From assembly GCF_001194135.2 (NCBI RefSeq), contig NC_068981.1, positions 121,762,676-121,797,430 on the forward strand: a DNA stretch of 34,755 nucleotides, given 5' to 3'. The position numbers were made by a program, and so were the translations under genes. The notes beneath the pieces are model-generated. The model worked only from the letters and a program-made list of their open reading frames with translations, searched no databases and was not told where the DNA came from. Shown here one piece after another: positions 11,230 to 24,074 of this stretch (the stretch's first letter is position 1; each line of letters starts with the position of its first letter). Source of the DNA: Octopus bimaculoides. Taxonomy: Eukaryota.

Positions 11230-13750
11230 TTGTATAATTTGTTTTATTATTATTCCAGAGTAGTAAACAATGTTATTCATGTGGATATTTTCAGTGAATG
11301 TATAAGTTTTAAAAACATGCTTTTTGTGTTCACATTTCAAAATTGTCATTGTGATGCGTCAGAAACGTGTCATGCTATTTTCCCAAGTTTATGGCGCTGA
11401 AATTTGGAGAATATTAATTGTCAGTTGTCAAGACTATTGATATATTTCAACCAACCAACAACCTGAGAACTCATGCCCAACTACAGTTTATGACTGCGCA
11501 AATGACCGACTTCACTCAGTACTAACAATTATAAAATTGGTTAATGTTATGCGAAATTTGAGGACTAACGTAAAACATATATATATAGTGAGTAAAATAG
11601 GTGAAATGTGATATGCAGATTTTTAATAACACACGAAGCGTCAGTTGTTCATAGAGAATCTTTAGTTAAATTCGAATAAAAAACGACATAACAATATCTT
11701 GATAAAGGTGTTTTCGGCGAAAATGTCACTGCTGCATTAATTTGATTGGAATTAATAAAGATCACCTTGACTAAAATAAGACACACGATCTCAATTACAA
11801 AGAATGGAAAAAGATACTTAATGAACCCTTCTTACGAAGCCCAAAATGACAATATATCGACAGTAGGTGTCTTAAATGATTCCAATAGCCACATCCTAAA
11901 TGATTCCAAACATAATTTTGGGGAGTGAAACTATGGCAGATTGTTTGCAGTAGGCAAAGTGAAATACTTAGAAATTTAAATAACAGCAGCTGCGATACGT
12001 GATAAATACCGAATGATTGTGTGAGGAGAGATTTTCCTCTGTTCGATGGTCTGTTCAATGTATTTGATTGCAATATGTCAGAGTTGTTTTGCGGATGTTT
12101 TTGAAGACATGTATCACAATTTGAAAGTTAAATGAAAGCCCATTTGGAGCGTTTCCATTTTTGTAATAGGAAGTTTATGATTCTTCTTAGTGTAGACAAC
12201 ATGAAATGTGATTTTATGGAAAATTTTACGTCAATAATAATTTTAAATGCGAAAATAAATATTTAGACTCGGCTGTTCATTAAAAATTAGGGTACTTATC
12301 GGTAGACTACTTGCAGATTTATCGAGTAAAACTGACATGCATCGTTGATACGATTAATGAGATGGCTCTGATAAATTGAAATCAACATAGAGCATTCAAC
12401 AGAGTTAACGCTCGATACCCAGTGTCTGTTTTAAGTGCGAGTTTCAGCTTCAAAGACACCACACCAATAATTATACAACGAGACGAACGCTAAAATGCTA
12501 TATTTTTTAACCTTTTGGTAATCTCACAATCATACTGTGAAAGTTGTTCTTTTGAGCGCACATTTGGTTACTGTTACACCAATTAGATATACTGAGAGCT
12601 ATTTCGCTCGAACTTCAGCCACCAGAGAGATGTATGCGCAAAGACGGATAACTTTTTATTTATGTGTGAGATATCTTGTAATTCGCGTGGTGAACAACAT
12701 ACTCAGAGGGTAAGAGCCAGTAACAACGGTACTCACTATCTGGAACAACTCGAAAGAATGTAGGAGTGTAGATAATCCCAGTTAAAGAATTTTCTAGGGG
12801 AAGCTTTATCTGAAATATCGAGAAATTTCAAACGCCTATTTTACTACCGTGATCATCGAACCCTACACTCGGTCACGTATGTTTGTATTCAAATACCTGC
12901 ATTTCAGTTTTTGTCTTTGAACGAGGCAAATTACACTGATTAAATGTTACATCTACAGTAAATGTTCTGGAGGTTTCGGGACGCTCTTACAAACGCTGCA
13001 CAGATGTGGCTGCGATATCTGCTGGCATTTCTGAATAATCAGTTTATTGATATCTTTCCAAAGATCTTAACGATGCTGTTATCCTGGTTCAATTGTAGGC
13101 CAAGATTATACATCTAACATTTAGCATGCTGTTAGATGCTCTCAATCCACTTGCACTCATGCTGAGTAATTACTAATTCCATAATACTCCGGAGGAGAAC
13201 ATGGTCGTTATTTTGAGGAATACTCTGAGTGTCTATGAAGATCAACTTAAAACTAATTTATAGAATTATCTGAGGTGAATTGTCATGGCCAAGTCGAGCA
13301 ACCATTGGCATGAGATATTACTGTGGAAATTTGGGGTAAATTCTATAGACAAGACATCGGTGTTTGGAGGCTTAAACCAAACTTATAATTCTTCATTCCT
13401 CATTTCAGGATTCGTTCAGACTATATTCGGTTTACCATCATTCTGTTGAGTGTGTTTCTGCCCGCTTTTCATCAGTATGTTTTCCACGTCTCCGACGAAT
13501 TTGCCTTTATATTTCATGTCTTGTAGTGTCCTTATGCAATTATTATTCTTTGTCGAAATTGTTTGTTTTTACATATAACAAAGTTTATTATTCGTCTTTT
13601 CCCATTTTATACAGAGTATTCTACAGTTGTTTACTATGAACATTTTCTTAGGATCACTCTGGTCTACATTAGGGGTTCCTAAAGCAAATCCAAATGTATT
13701 GACATGTTCTAAAGAATCAGGATATTAGGGAACGTTATTTCAAACTGTAA
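11230..13750 (-). pseudogene. Decayed TLR-like gene copy E
   Basis: LRR-like INKLIIQKC (~13055) and RLKFLDISD (~12835-12810). LRRCT-like RPSNRGKSL followed by hydrophobic LLLFKFLSISLCLL (ORF 11795-12073). TIR-like SRYCYVVFYSN (~11700), SW-HEF (~11480) and KTYTF (~11310). Confidence 0.45.
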
Positions 13751-15671
13751 GTATTAATAATTTAAACGGCTGAATAATAATTACTTATATATTTATACAA
13801 TTAATGAAACATCTTCTATAAGATATTCAGAATTCCACTTTAAGCTTGGTACATTTGTTTTTCAATATAAATTTATTATTATATCTTCACATCGAACTAC
13901 ACCATACGGCGTACAAACATGTTGCGTCACGCCACTTAGGAAGAACTTGTTTGCTTAATTCTCTGGTTTGGTTATAGTTCAAAATTTCACCGTCCAAATT
14001 TCATTTAACTTCCAAGTTATTTGAAACGACAACTTTTGTCGGCACTCTCAGTTTCTATTTATAATGTGCTTCGTAACATTTACGCCCTTTTTACATATAA
14101 ACGTGATTTTTCTCGGATTTTTCGACGTTTGTTTAGTATGTTTTGTTGAAAGTATCGTAAGTGCATGATGGTTATATTCTAAATCTATGACATCGATATC
14201 TATATCTAAAATGCTAACTTATCAATCATGTTCATCTGCTAAGAATAATACATAATTTTAATCCTAAAGTATAGACTTCCTTTATATATGTGTTCTCTTC
14301 TAAATATTTTAAATCATCTAATTGAAGTTGCCGAAAGAATTTTTGTGCATGTCATTTGTACCACAGAATTTCCCTAGTATACTAAGTATCACTTCTTGGA
14401 AGGATATTTTTAATATGAACGCTATATGTTAGTTGGATTGACGAGTGTAGTGAATTGATAGAATTAGAATAACATTGGACAAAAGCTTTGTCCTTTTGTG
14501 TTTCCAACTTTAAACCACAGATATCTACGTTGCAATTCACCATTTTAGTGACAATAAAATAACTACCAAATAAATACTGATATCGGATAAATCAACTTCT
14601 TTAAATAGATGTCCTTGACTCTGTGTTAGAAACCCTAACAGTGAACACGTAACTTAGATTTCATTCGTACTGTATTTCTGGTAAATATTTTGTGTTTTCC
14701 TTGAGATATTTTCTACTCAGACACTCCCTGATTGCAGTTCCGCCTGATAAAATTACCTTCCTACTATTATTGGTAGAAAACATCGTTAGTGAGGGCTTTT
14801 AACTATAACAGACGTTATATGGCGGGTTATAAAGCTACTAAAGATTGGCAATGTCATTTGTAATAAAAAGTAGAAGAAAATATTGTAGAATCTGCAGGCG
14901 TTTATGAGAGCGTAACTGTAACAGTAAATATAGTGCTACATACTCAGTCGATAGCTGATTTGATCTAACTCAAAGTGTTAGAGTTTCTATAGGAATGTGT
15001 AGCGGTTAACACCAACGACATACATCAATTCTTCAAGAAATAATCCCAAACCGACTTGTACTAAAGCCTTGGCTGGATATATAGATTAACAAACAGCGTT
15101 GTTGTGATACATAGATTACTTATATTTACTGTACACAATATGATAGCTTTGCTGACATGCTAACGAATACACCTTGATTCGCTCTCAAGTTGTGTATTAA
15201 CAGCATTTCTTATGCCCGATTTTAACCAGTTTAAAGATGATATTTTTGTCAATTCAGATTCAACATCCCACACAAATGAGTAAATTCGTTTTCCGAATCC
15301 AGAATTTTGGCTGTCCTGTTGCCTGCATTAATTGAGAAGGTGCGTTGATTTTCTCAAGTAATTTTTTTTTCACTTACAATTTGAGATAGTGGTGTACCAT
15401 ATGTGCGACACTAATGAAAAATCTTTATTGACTAAAAACTCTTATAAATATTAACAATTCCCGTTTAGCTGACAATCTGCACATCATGTCTCATAATTTC
15501 TCCACGATATTGTTTACGACATCAGTTAGATTCTTCGAAAAGAAACAAAGAAGCACTTTTCACTTTCTCATTTACAATAAGTGATGATTGATGTTGCTGA
15601 AAGCATTTTATTTATATAATGATTATGTTTTTCTCATTGTCTTTGTCATTTCAGCGTTTTCTTAACCCTTC

Positions 15672-15795
15672 CTCTCGCTCTCTCTCTCTCTCTCTCTCCC
15701 TATCTCTCTCTCTTTCTTCCTCTCTTTCTCTCTTCCTCTCTCGCTTTCACACACACACACACATACCTGTGAAAACGTGTGTGTGCGCGCGCGCG
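15672..15795. repeat. (CT)n/(CA)n/(GT)(GC) compound microsatellite
   Basis: Direct reading of the sequence. Confidence 0.9.
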
Positions 15796-17024
15796 TGTTT
15801 TGAGATTGTGTGCGTGGGGAAGCAATCTTCTATCTTGCGTTCATATTCCAGTTGTTTCATGCGATGCCTAATAAAGAATAGTTCACAAATTATAACTCGT
15901 TATGTCGTATACCCTATGGACACTAAGTCATAAATATTGTTTCGGAATGTCATCATATATATTTCAAATTGAATAAACGAATGAAAAGTTTTCAGCCATA
16001 TAGGTAGAGTACGTAGGTTACGTTAATGCATAACCTTATATAAGTGTTAAGGTAAGGGCAACCACAATACCGCACGGTCATTGCACTTGGAATTATGCAG
16101 AAAGCATAAATTAAAAAGGATCGAGCAATAATGTAATTGACTATAATAATATAAAATCCCGTAGAATTTACCCGTTCAATACGAATGTATGAACCAGCGT
16201 GAAGACCTCTTTGAGGGTGCTCGATTTGCTAGAAAGAGCAGCCGACTTTCCCCCAAATCATACTTAACACCTTAAGAATACATCGAATACATTAGATAAG
16301 TTAATTTTGTATCTGAAATGCGTTGAGCAACTTAAGTCTATGAACCCGAGTCATCTTCTAATTAGGAAAGCACAAGAGAGCATTCTACGAAATATCGAAA
16401 TATATACAGTTGCACTATATTTATTAATTGCAGCTTCACAAAGATTTGCACACATTGACGACTGTACCATATGCTAACTACAAAGGGGACATGAAGGACA
16501 TATGGGTATCCGTAGCTGACAAGGCACAACAATGCATGAATACAAACGTCCTGGGGAATGATGACATCATTCAAAGTTCAAGGGCGTGTTTTTCACACAT
16601 ATTCTCATTTCGGATATTTTTTCCCAAAAGATCAATTCCGTGGCGTGTGTTTTTGTTATATTCGAGAGTACATGAACGTGATAATTATAATTGTGCACAA
16701 TTATATTGTTAAATTTAGTTACTGTTTGCAATTAATGGACTTTCTTGTTTTGAAAATAAGTATACTTTTAATACATTTGTATGAACAAAATTTAAGAAAA
16801 GTTAAATTATAAGTATTCAATGCAGGCTACATTTCACGATATCACCTGCGCTGGCTAAGGTATACTTCCTTCATTGCTACGCATGAAATGAGTCGAACTC
16901 TACTATGCATATAGATAAGCATTTGATCTGAAATATATGTCTGGGTAAAGGTCAGGTTATGAATGTTTTGGTATATGTATGTAAGTATTACTGTGTGCGT
17001 ATATACACATGCATTCACACTCAC

Positions 17025-17134
<110 letters not shown>

Positions 17135-17249
17135 GCATTCACACATACATGCATATGCATTATATTTCCATAGAGCAAAGCTCACACCCATATCTGCTAT
17201 TTCTATAAGGATGAGCTTTTCATATTACGTCCCATTTGAGGCTAAACCC

Positions 17250-17386
17250 AAATTCTATGTCTTTGTGCAGCTGAGGATTGTTCTGCATTTTAAATTAATG
17301 TAATGATTGCATTGTTCAATTAAATGAAGTTGCATGAAACGATCGTACTGCATTACCTCTGGATATCCTCGCTGCTTATTTTGATA
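17250..17386 (+). repeat. 137-bp dispersed duplication, copy 1
   Basis: Ungapped match to 26131-26267 with 8 substitutions by manual alignment. Confidence 0.95.
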
Positions 17387-17699
17387 TTAATCACCTTACT
17401 TTGAAATTGTATGGATAATACCGTACTAAATTGTGGTGCCTCAACTTAAGTACCATATTCATCTGAATCTAAATGTTTGCTGAACTCATCTACCATACCC
17501 AATATATATATATAGTTGAAGTTTATAGACAAAACGAAAGACGAAGACAAGGGTATGAACAATAAGCAAGTATAATACGTTGACACTCGGATAAAAGAAA
17601 AAAAGTATTTTACGTTTCGAGCCTACGTTCTTCAATGGAATGGAATAAGAGCAAACAAACAGAGAATGAAAATAACTTGTAGATTTCAGCGTTCCAAGA

Positions 17700-18107
17700 T
17701 ACGCGGTCTGGTCAATAAGTATCCGGACTGTTGCCATAGTAACGAAGCTACAGTACGTAGAGTGAAGCCACTTCGCAACGATTGATCTTGGACAATGGTA
17801 TGCATGCGCACTAAGTTTTAACGTTCTAGCTCTCTTCCGTTGTTTACAGCAGTGCTTGGAAGGAAGATGTGTAGCGTGGTGATCATCGCATTGACCATGA
17901 CAGAGAATATAGAACTGTATTATCTAACAGAGAAAGTTGTCATGGCGATACCTGCTCAGAGGCTTACGCAAACTTGCAAAAATAAATGGAGAGGAGTGTA
18001 TGAGCGGAACACGAGTGTACGAGTGGTTCAGACGTTTCCAAGATGGCAGAAAAAATGTTGATATTGACGAACGTTCTGGGAAACCCGCAACCAACAGAAC
18101 TGAGAAA
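17700..18107 (+). mobile_element. Mariner (Mos1-like) 5' fragment with N-terminal HTH transposase remnant
   Basis: TA followed by TIR-like CGCGGTCTGGTCAATAAGTATCCGGACT. The translation GEECMSGTRVYEWFRRFQDGRKNVDIDERSGKP matches the mariner first HTH and RSGRP-like motif. Truncated at ~18107. Confidence 0.85.
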
Positions 18108-19482
18108 GCAATTTACATGATTTTCTCAATTTGCATGATATTCACAAGCACGCAGGCGTATATAGGAAATGTGAATGTTCGATATATTTCTGTTTTCAGC
18201 GAATAGGCCTTCATACGAACATTTACATTCATATATACAAGTGTTCATGTGTGAGTGTCCGTGTGTGTGTGTGGGGGNNNNNNNNNNNGGGGGGGGGGGT
18301 GTAAATATATAAAGTATGATGAAATACATTCGATGAGAAAACACACTCGGAGGAGTCAAATTATTTGCGACCATATATTACGAAATTCAAAACAGCCGTA
18401 AGGCTTATAGGGAAAGGAAGAACATCAATTTTACGCTATTTAGAAAACCATTTCTATCAAAAGAGTTACTGCGCAAAACATATTTTTCGACATTCGTTGA
18501 AAAGTTTCAGTACAAAAGCACAGACGCTGAAAAATATGTTTACGAAGACGTATTCATAAGATAAAAGAACATAGAAATACATGAAAACTTAATGTCTCCT
18601 TTTTAAGAAAAAATAATACCCTATTCTTCTTTATGTTATGTGTCCTTGGGTTCGTTACATATTGTGGCCATATATAATATATATTATCGTCTGAATGATC
18701 GCACTAAAATTCTCATAATATTTTGATTATGTTAGTTCTATGTTTGATCATGCGGCTGTATTATTTAGTAAGTTTGTTAGAAGTGCGAATCGAACCAATT
18801 GTTATATCTACAGTGGTTGATTGTTGTCATTCCATTGTGCATACCATGGATATCCACTGATTAATTATTTTCTAATGACAGCTATCATATGAAGTTTGTT
18901 ATAAGTTATTACGCTAAAATTTCCAAATTGTTTTCTGGAATTATTGAAAGTTGATGATGGTATGCATCGATAAAAATCAGTTGACCTAATTTTCATAAAA
19001 CTGAATAAGATAAAGGATTGATTGTGTTGAATAAACTTAACTAAGGGAGAATGGGTGGTCTGATTAGGAAACAAAAGAGGTGAGGCATTGAAGACTGAGG
19101 ATGTTTAACAGGAAGAATGGTAGGTGCAATACCGCCAATATGCACAGAGAGTTTCGGTGACAGATTAAAATAAGGACTAGGTATCTATGTATATAATATG
19201 TACCGATACATTTATACATATAGATAGTATGAATACACATACAATATAAAAGTATAAGTGTATCGAGTGTCACACGCAAAACAGCAGCGGTCCGTTGAAA
19301 ACATTTTCAAGTATACAATTGCACCCATAGAGAATTAAACAATGCAATTACACAACTGCACCTCTATACAAAATTCTAAAACCAAGCGAACGTGATCAGT
19401 AAGTATCGATAATCAGCAAACGGAGAAGGCAGATGAAGCAAAGCCACCTTTAACTGGGTCGCAGCGTACAATAGCGAGGAAC

Positions 19483-19549
19483 TGTATGTATGTATGTATG
19501 TATGTATGTATGTATGTATGTATGTATGTATGTATGTATGTATGTATGT
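19483..19549. repeat. (TATG)n microsatellite
   Basis: Direct reading; abuts the 3' end of the RLE retrotransposon. Confidence 0.98.
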
Positions 19550-20565
19550 AGAAGAAAAACACCGAGTGCTCTATTTCTCGTCCGGCTGCAATCATCAGCA
19601 GACTGCCGTGTTTCACCGAGATTTCGGTCTCTTATGCTCAGTATCTCTCCACACGGTGGGCACGTAACAGTTGGACATATTGCGTTGCAACCGGACTCAT
19701 GTCAGTTCTGTGGTCTTATACGCTTTCACAAACCTCTTGGTAATCCAAGCACTACCCTCAACTGCTTTCTCCCCACATTCCTTGATGATCCTCCTCGCAG
19801 CAGCTACACCAGCCACCTTCCAAAACCTTCTGAGCGAAGCTTCTGGGAACCCCCTGCAGCCATCCTCGAACACAACCAGCTCACTGATGTAACCCTTCTC
19901 CCGAATCTCAGCTACCAGTTCTTCATAGCCCAACAGCGTCTGCTCATGGGCCTCGGCAATGCTCTCCTCCCATGGCACAATCAGCTCCCCAAGGACCACA
20001 CGTCTCTGACCCTCATCTACCAAAACTAGGTCGGGCCGGGCTGCTGACACCACGATGCTTTCAGGCAATGGCTTGTCCATGAACACCTCCCATTTTCTGT
20101 CTTCGGCCTGCCGAGGCTTCCGTCTCTTTGGCATCACACCTTCACGAATGCTGTCTTGCCCAAGCTCAGTTCAGGCACTCGACCTTTCTTGCAGCTGAAG
20201 CAACAACGTTTAGCACTAAATTATGTCTAAATGTATGCCATCTAGATTGGAGTGCTTTTGGGCAATCTGACAGCATGTGTTTGAGGCTGCCATACTTCCC
20301 GCACAAGTGGCACTATGGACTCTCTTGAATACCTCATTTTTTTAGATTTGCTGGCGGCAGATGCACATCATACGCAGTCTGGATCAGAGCTTTCAAATGC
20401 CCTGCACTAAACCGCCACCAATCAGACCACTTCAACTCCAGCTTTTCGACATCATCCCAATTCAGCTACCGACCCTGTTGTTCTTGTTGTGCTGTGTGAC
20501 CCAGACGCCTCTCATCTTCCAGCCGCCTTACTTGTTGTTCACGTAGCTTCCGCTGTTCTTGTTTT
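19550..20565 (-). mobile_element. 5'-truncated non-LTR retrotransposon with restriction-like endonuclease (HERO/NeSL-like)
   Basis: In order on the minus strand: late-RT/linker QGR*LNWDDV...WSDWW...LIQTAYDVHLPPANL; CCHC knuckle CHLCGKYGSLKHMLSDC; RHNLVL; RLE motif RPDLVL...GELIVPWEE...EDGCRGF (ORF 19697-20137). Contains stops and frameshifts. Confidence 0.9.
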
Positions 20566-20583
20566 ATGTATATATATATTATA

Positions 20584-21799
20584 CAGTCTTGCAGATAAAT
20601 TGAGACCAATTTTAAGCAGTTGACTTAGTGGACTTAACATTTCATTTTTTTGACAAAATCTTGCTTACTTGAATATTTAATCCACCTATATTTTCTGATT
20701 CGACAACGGAATCGTTCTGCTTTTGTTGTGTTGGTGAGCGCCGGGCACACTGCCAATAAAACTATTAAGTTGATGAAACTTCCTAAACCAACAGTTTATC
20801 GTGTGTATAAACAATTTAAAGAAGAGGGAAAGATTGATAGAAAAGAAAATAAGACTCGAAGTGATTCCAAACGCAATCTAAAGTTTCTAGCTAGCCTCAA
20901 ACGCTCGATTGATGCCAACACATCATCTTTGACAACTCTTGCAAAGAAACGCAATGTGTCCCTTTCCACGGTGTCCAGAAATGTGAACAGGTACTTTGGC
21001 ATGACTAACTATGTTCGACGACGCCGTCACTTCCTAATAGCCAAAGCCAAAACAATCAGAGCCGAGAGATGCCCAAAGCTTCTGTCATTCATCAAACATC
21101 AAGGTGCAGGAGAACCTCGCCTGTTTGTGGATGAGAAGAAGTTCACTGTGGACGCTGAGGTGAATCGAAAAAATCCTAGAGTGATTGCATACAGCCCTAC
21201 TGACGTCTTCACTGTGTTTGAGACTAAGAATCCTGCTTCTGTGATGGTATTTGGAGCTGTGACGAGTGATGGAAGTGTCATTGAGTGTGGTTTAAAGATC
21301 GGCACAAAGGAATATCTGGACATCCTGAAGAACTCTCTGTTACTTTGGATGGAGCAGAAATTTGGGCTTGACAATGTAGTGCTTATCTAGTATTCTGTAC
21401 CATGCCATGTGTCAAAAGCAACACAGGCCTTCCTTAGTGAGCAGATTCCATTTTTTTGTGAGGGCCAACATCGGGCCCAGGTGTCAACCTTCTCGATTAC
21501 TTTTTATGGGGCGTACTTCAAAGCAAGAACTAATGCCTCACTACACTCGAGTGTCAACAGTTTCAACACCTGCATCGTGCGTACGACATGCAAATGCAAA
21601 GTGGCGGAGGGGGCGGCAGCTTCAAACAATTTCGTTCTCATGTGGAGGCAGTAATTTCCCAACAAAGTGGCCATATAAAGTGATAAATATTTTTGTTTTT
21701 ATAAACGTTACATTAAAATTTGTCTACTGCCATTATTTTAGTATTTATAAATAGTTTTATGCATCGTAACACTTGTCGCAATTTATCTGCATGACCCTG
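20584..21799 (+). mobile_element. Near full-length Tc1/mariner superfamily transposon (maT/DD37D-like), inactive
   Basis: TIRs CAGTCTTGCAGATAAATTGAGAC (20584) and GTCGCAATTTATCTGCATGACCCTG (21775-21799), each flanked by TA. The transposase carries an HTH, FVDEKKFTV, KNPASVMVFGAV, a decayed Q-D-SAPCH (TAG TAT) and NLLDYFLWG. Confidence 0.92.
20650..21654 (+). pseudogene. Disrupted DDD transposase
   Basis: ORF 20650-21390 stops just before the second catalytic Asp, which is itself changed to Tyr; a frameshift precedes the SPDLNPLDY-like motif. Confidence 0.85.
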
Positions 21800-22730
21800 T
21801 ATAAATACACACGCACACACACATATATATATAAATACACAGACACATACACACACGATGCCAAAGAATTTACAGTTCTAGCAAGAATCGATTTACAAGT
21901 ATTATGAATAGATATCACGTCGCATAACACATGATGCACCATTAGTCTAAAAACAATGAATTTACTCCTGTTAATCGGAATATAGTTCAAGAACAGACAT
22001 GAAATGGAAATACATAACACATGGAATACATGTTTTTTTTTTATTAAATTATTGCTTTGAAATGTAACGCATTATGAATCGAGATGTAACTGCCTAAGCA
22101 ATGACCCCAATGAAACACATTACATCGTGAACTAATGTCTTCACTTAGAAACATACAAACTCACTGCATAGTCATTACTATTTCATGTTTCGTATGCACT
22201 AGAATACTACTCTTCCACCTATAAGAAAACAGCACAATGCATCCAAAGAATGTTTCGATTTCCATACACTACAGAGATAGTACTAATATTTCATACGCAT
22301 GCTTTTAATACGGGACAAAGTATTACTGTTCCCTGAAACGTTTATACCAACCACTACTCTAATTGTAAATATAAAGAGTGAACTGATTTTGATATGTGGA
22401 CACATTCTCAGAGGCTGCCTGGGATATAAACTTATTTCATAGGAGGGTTCCCAGGACAATCTGCTCTGCTGAAACTGGCCAAACTCATTTTTTTTTAACT
22501 TTCCAGCTTGTTGACATGGTTCAAGTACTGACTGAGCGGAAAAAAAAAATTTAATTTGTGTAATCAGTTTATATCTTAAATATATTGATATAACTGTAAA
22601 ACTTACTTCCAATGTGAAGTTGTGATCAACAATTCAACAATTTCCTACCAGAAAATAATAAAATTACAAAAATTATGTCATACATATATGCGTGTACGTA
22701 TGTGTGTACACGCACATACACCCACACACA

Positions 22731-23722
22731 GCGTCTCATCAAACCCTAATGGCCGGTGGCCTATAACCAGTTTTCAAAGTGGAGAGAGAAATTACCTCAT
22801 GGCTTGTTGAACACAGATAAAAGAAGCGTTAAGCGCAAGTGATTGTCTCCCTTAGATCGTTATCCAGAATCAACCCGGTCAGCTTGCGGATTCCAAGATT
22901 CCAGCAGGAATGTCCTGAAGTGTGAGCAGGGTCCGAAGACTTCCATCTTAGGTCGAGAGATTTCTTTAATATCCTCGCCCGTTCAGCTATGCACTGCTTC
23001 CAACGTTTGCTCCCACTGATATAGGGATCCGGTTTTTTCTAAGACTTTCCATGAAATTACTTGTGGAGTCCCTTCATCCTTCAGGCGCCACACGCGGCTG
23101 ATCAAGGACGTGTCATATCGTCTCTTCGGGATTTTAAACGAGGATCTGTGGTTGGAGAGGCGCTAGAAGTTAGAGCCTCGTTATAATACGGGAATGCTAC
23201 GTCAAAAATTACTTGGCTAGAAGAAAGGTATTTCTGACACACTACGCCAGATTTTAAACCTAAGTGATTGTCTCCCTTAGATCGTTATCCAGAATCAACC
23301 CGGTCAGTTTCTGGGTTCCAAGATTTCAGCAGGAATGTCCTGAAGTGTTAACAGGGTCCAAAGACTTCCATCCTAGGTCGAGAGATTTCTTTAATATCCT
23401 CGAACGTTTGCTCCCACTGATATAGGGATCAATTGGTGGGTGGCAGGAGTATGTGTTGATATACGCCAGCCTGTCATTTGGCTTGCGGTAGGGACTGTAT
23501 GTACCTGAGCTCAAGTCAAATGTGACGTCTAAGAAGTCCGCGGTGATGAGGTTGGTCTCGATTGTAATTTTGAGCCCCATTGAGCTAATAGTGCTAATCA
23601 GATCAAGCCTGTCTCGGGTGTTCCCGTTAGCTCCTCTAGTGATAGGTAGGGCGTTATCTCTATAGAGACCAAAGAGAAAATTGGGGAATTTCTTTTTTAG
23701 AGTATGCAGGATGCGCAACCCA
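22731..23722 (-). mobile_element. Rearranged Penelope-like element fragment (RT C-terminus + GIY-YIG end; Naiad-type)
   Basis: GLYRDNAL, FLDVTFDLSSGTYSPYRKPN and YINTYSCHPP (ORF 23326-23718); thumb SSQVIFDVAFPYYNEAL; endonuclease tail ISRVWRLKDEGTPQVISWKVLEK, then PYISGSKRWKQCIAE. The segment 22840-23030 is duplicated at 23263-23432. Confidence 0.85.
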
Positions 23723-23824
23723 ATGATATATATATATAGGGTAGCAAATATTTTTACAAATTGTACTACCAGTGACCTAGCATGTATAAAAAGTCAATAG
23801 ACGACATATTATTCAATATAAAAT

Positions 23825-23963
23825 AATGTACGTTTAAATACAATAGAAATAACCTACAACAGGCAATTTCTACACACTAGGAGACAGTCAAAATGACCGA
23901 CTGTCTCCTAGTGTGTAGAAATTGCCTGTTATAGGTAATTTCTCTTGTGTTTAAATGTACACT
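23825..23963. repeat. Hairpin: 65-bp arms, inner 32 bp perfect, 9-nt loop
   Basis: 23858-23889 is the exact reverse complement of 23899-23930; the outer 33 bp have 6 mismatches. Confidence 0.97.
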
Positions 23964-23965
<2 letters not shown>

Positions 23966-24048
<83 letters not shown>

Positions 24049-24074
24049 GTGTGTGTGCGTGCGTGTGTGTGTGT
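23966..24074. repeat. (GT)n microsatellite
   Basis: Direct reading of the sequence. Confidence 0.98.

Noticed and set aside
20650-21390. Functional transposase CDS
   Set aside because: It stops before the second catalytic Asp, which is mutated, and a downstream frameshift is present; kept as a pseudogene.
21860-22612. Further TLR remnant (ORFs 21757-22020 and 22283-22612)
   Set aside because: Only a vague LNYIP word is present, with no convincing LRR, TM or TIR order.
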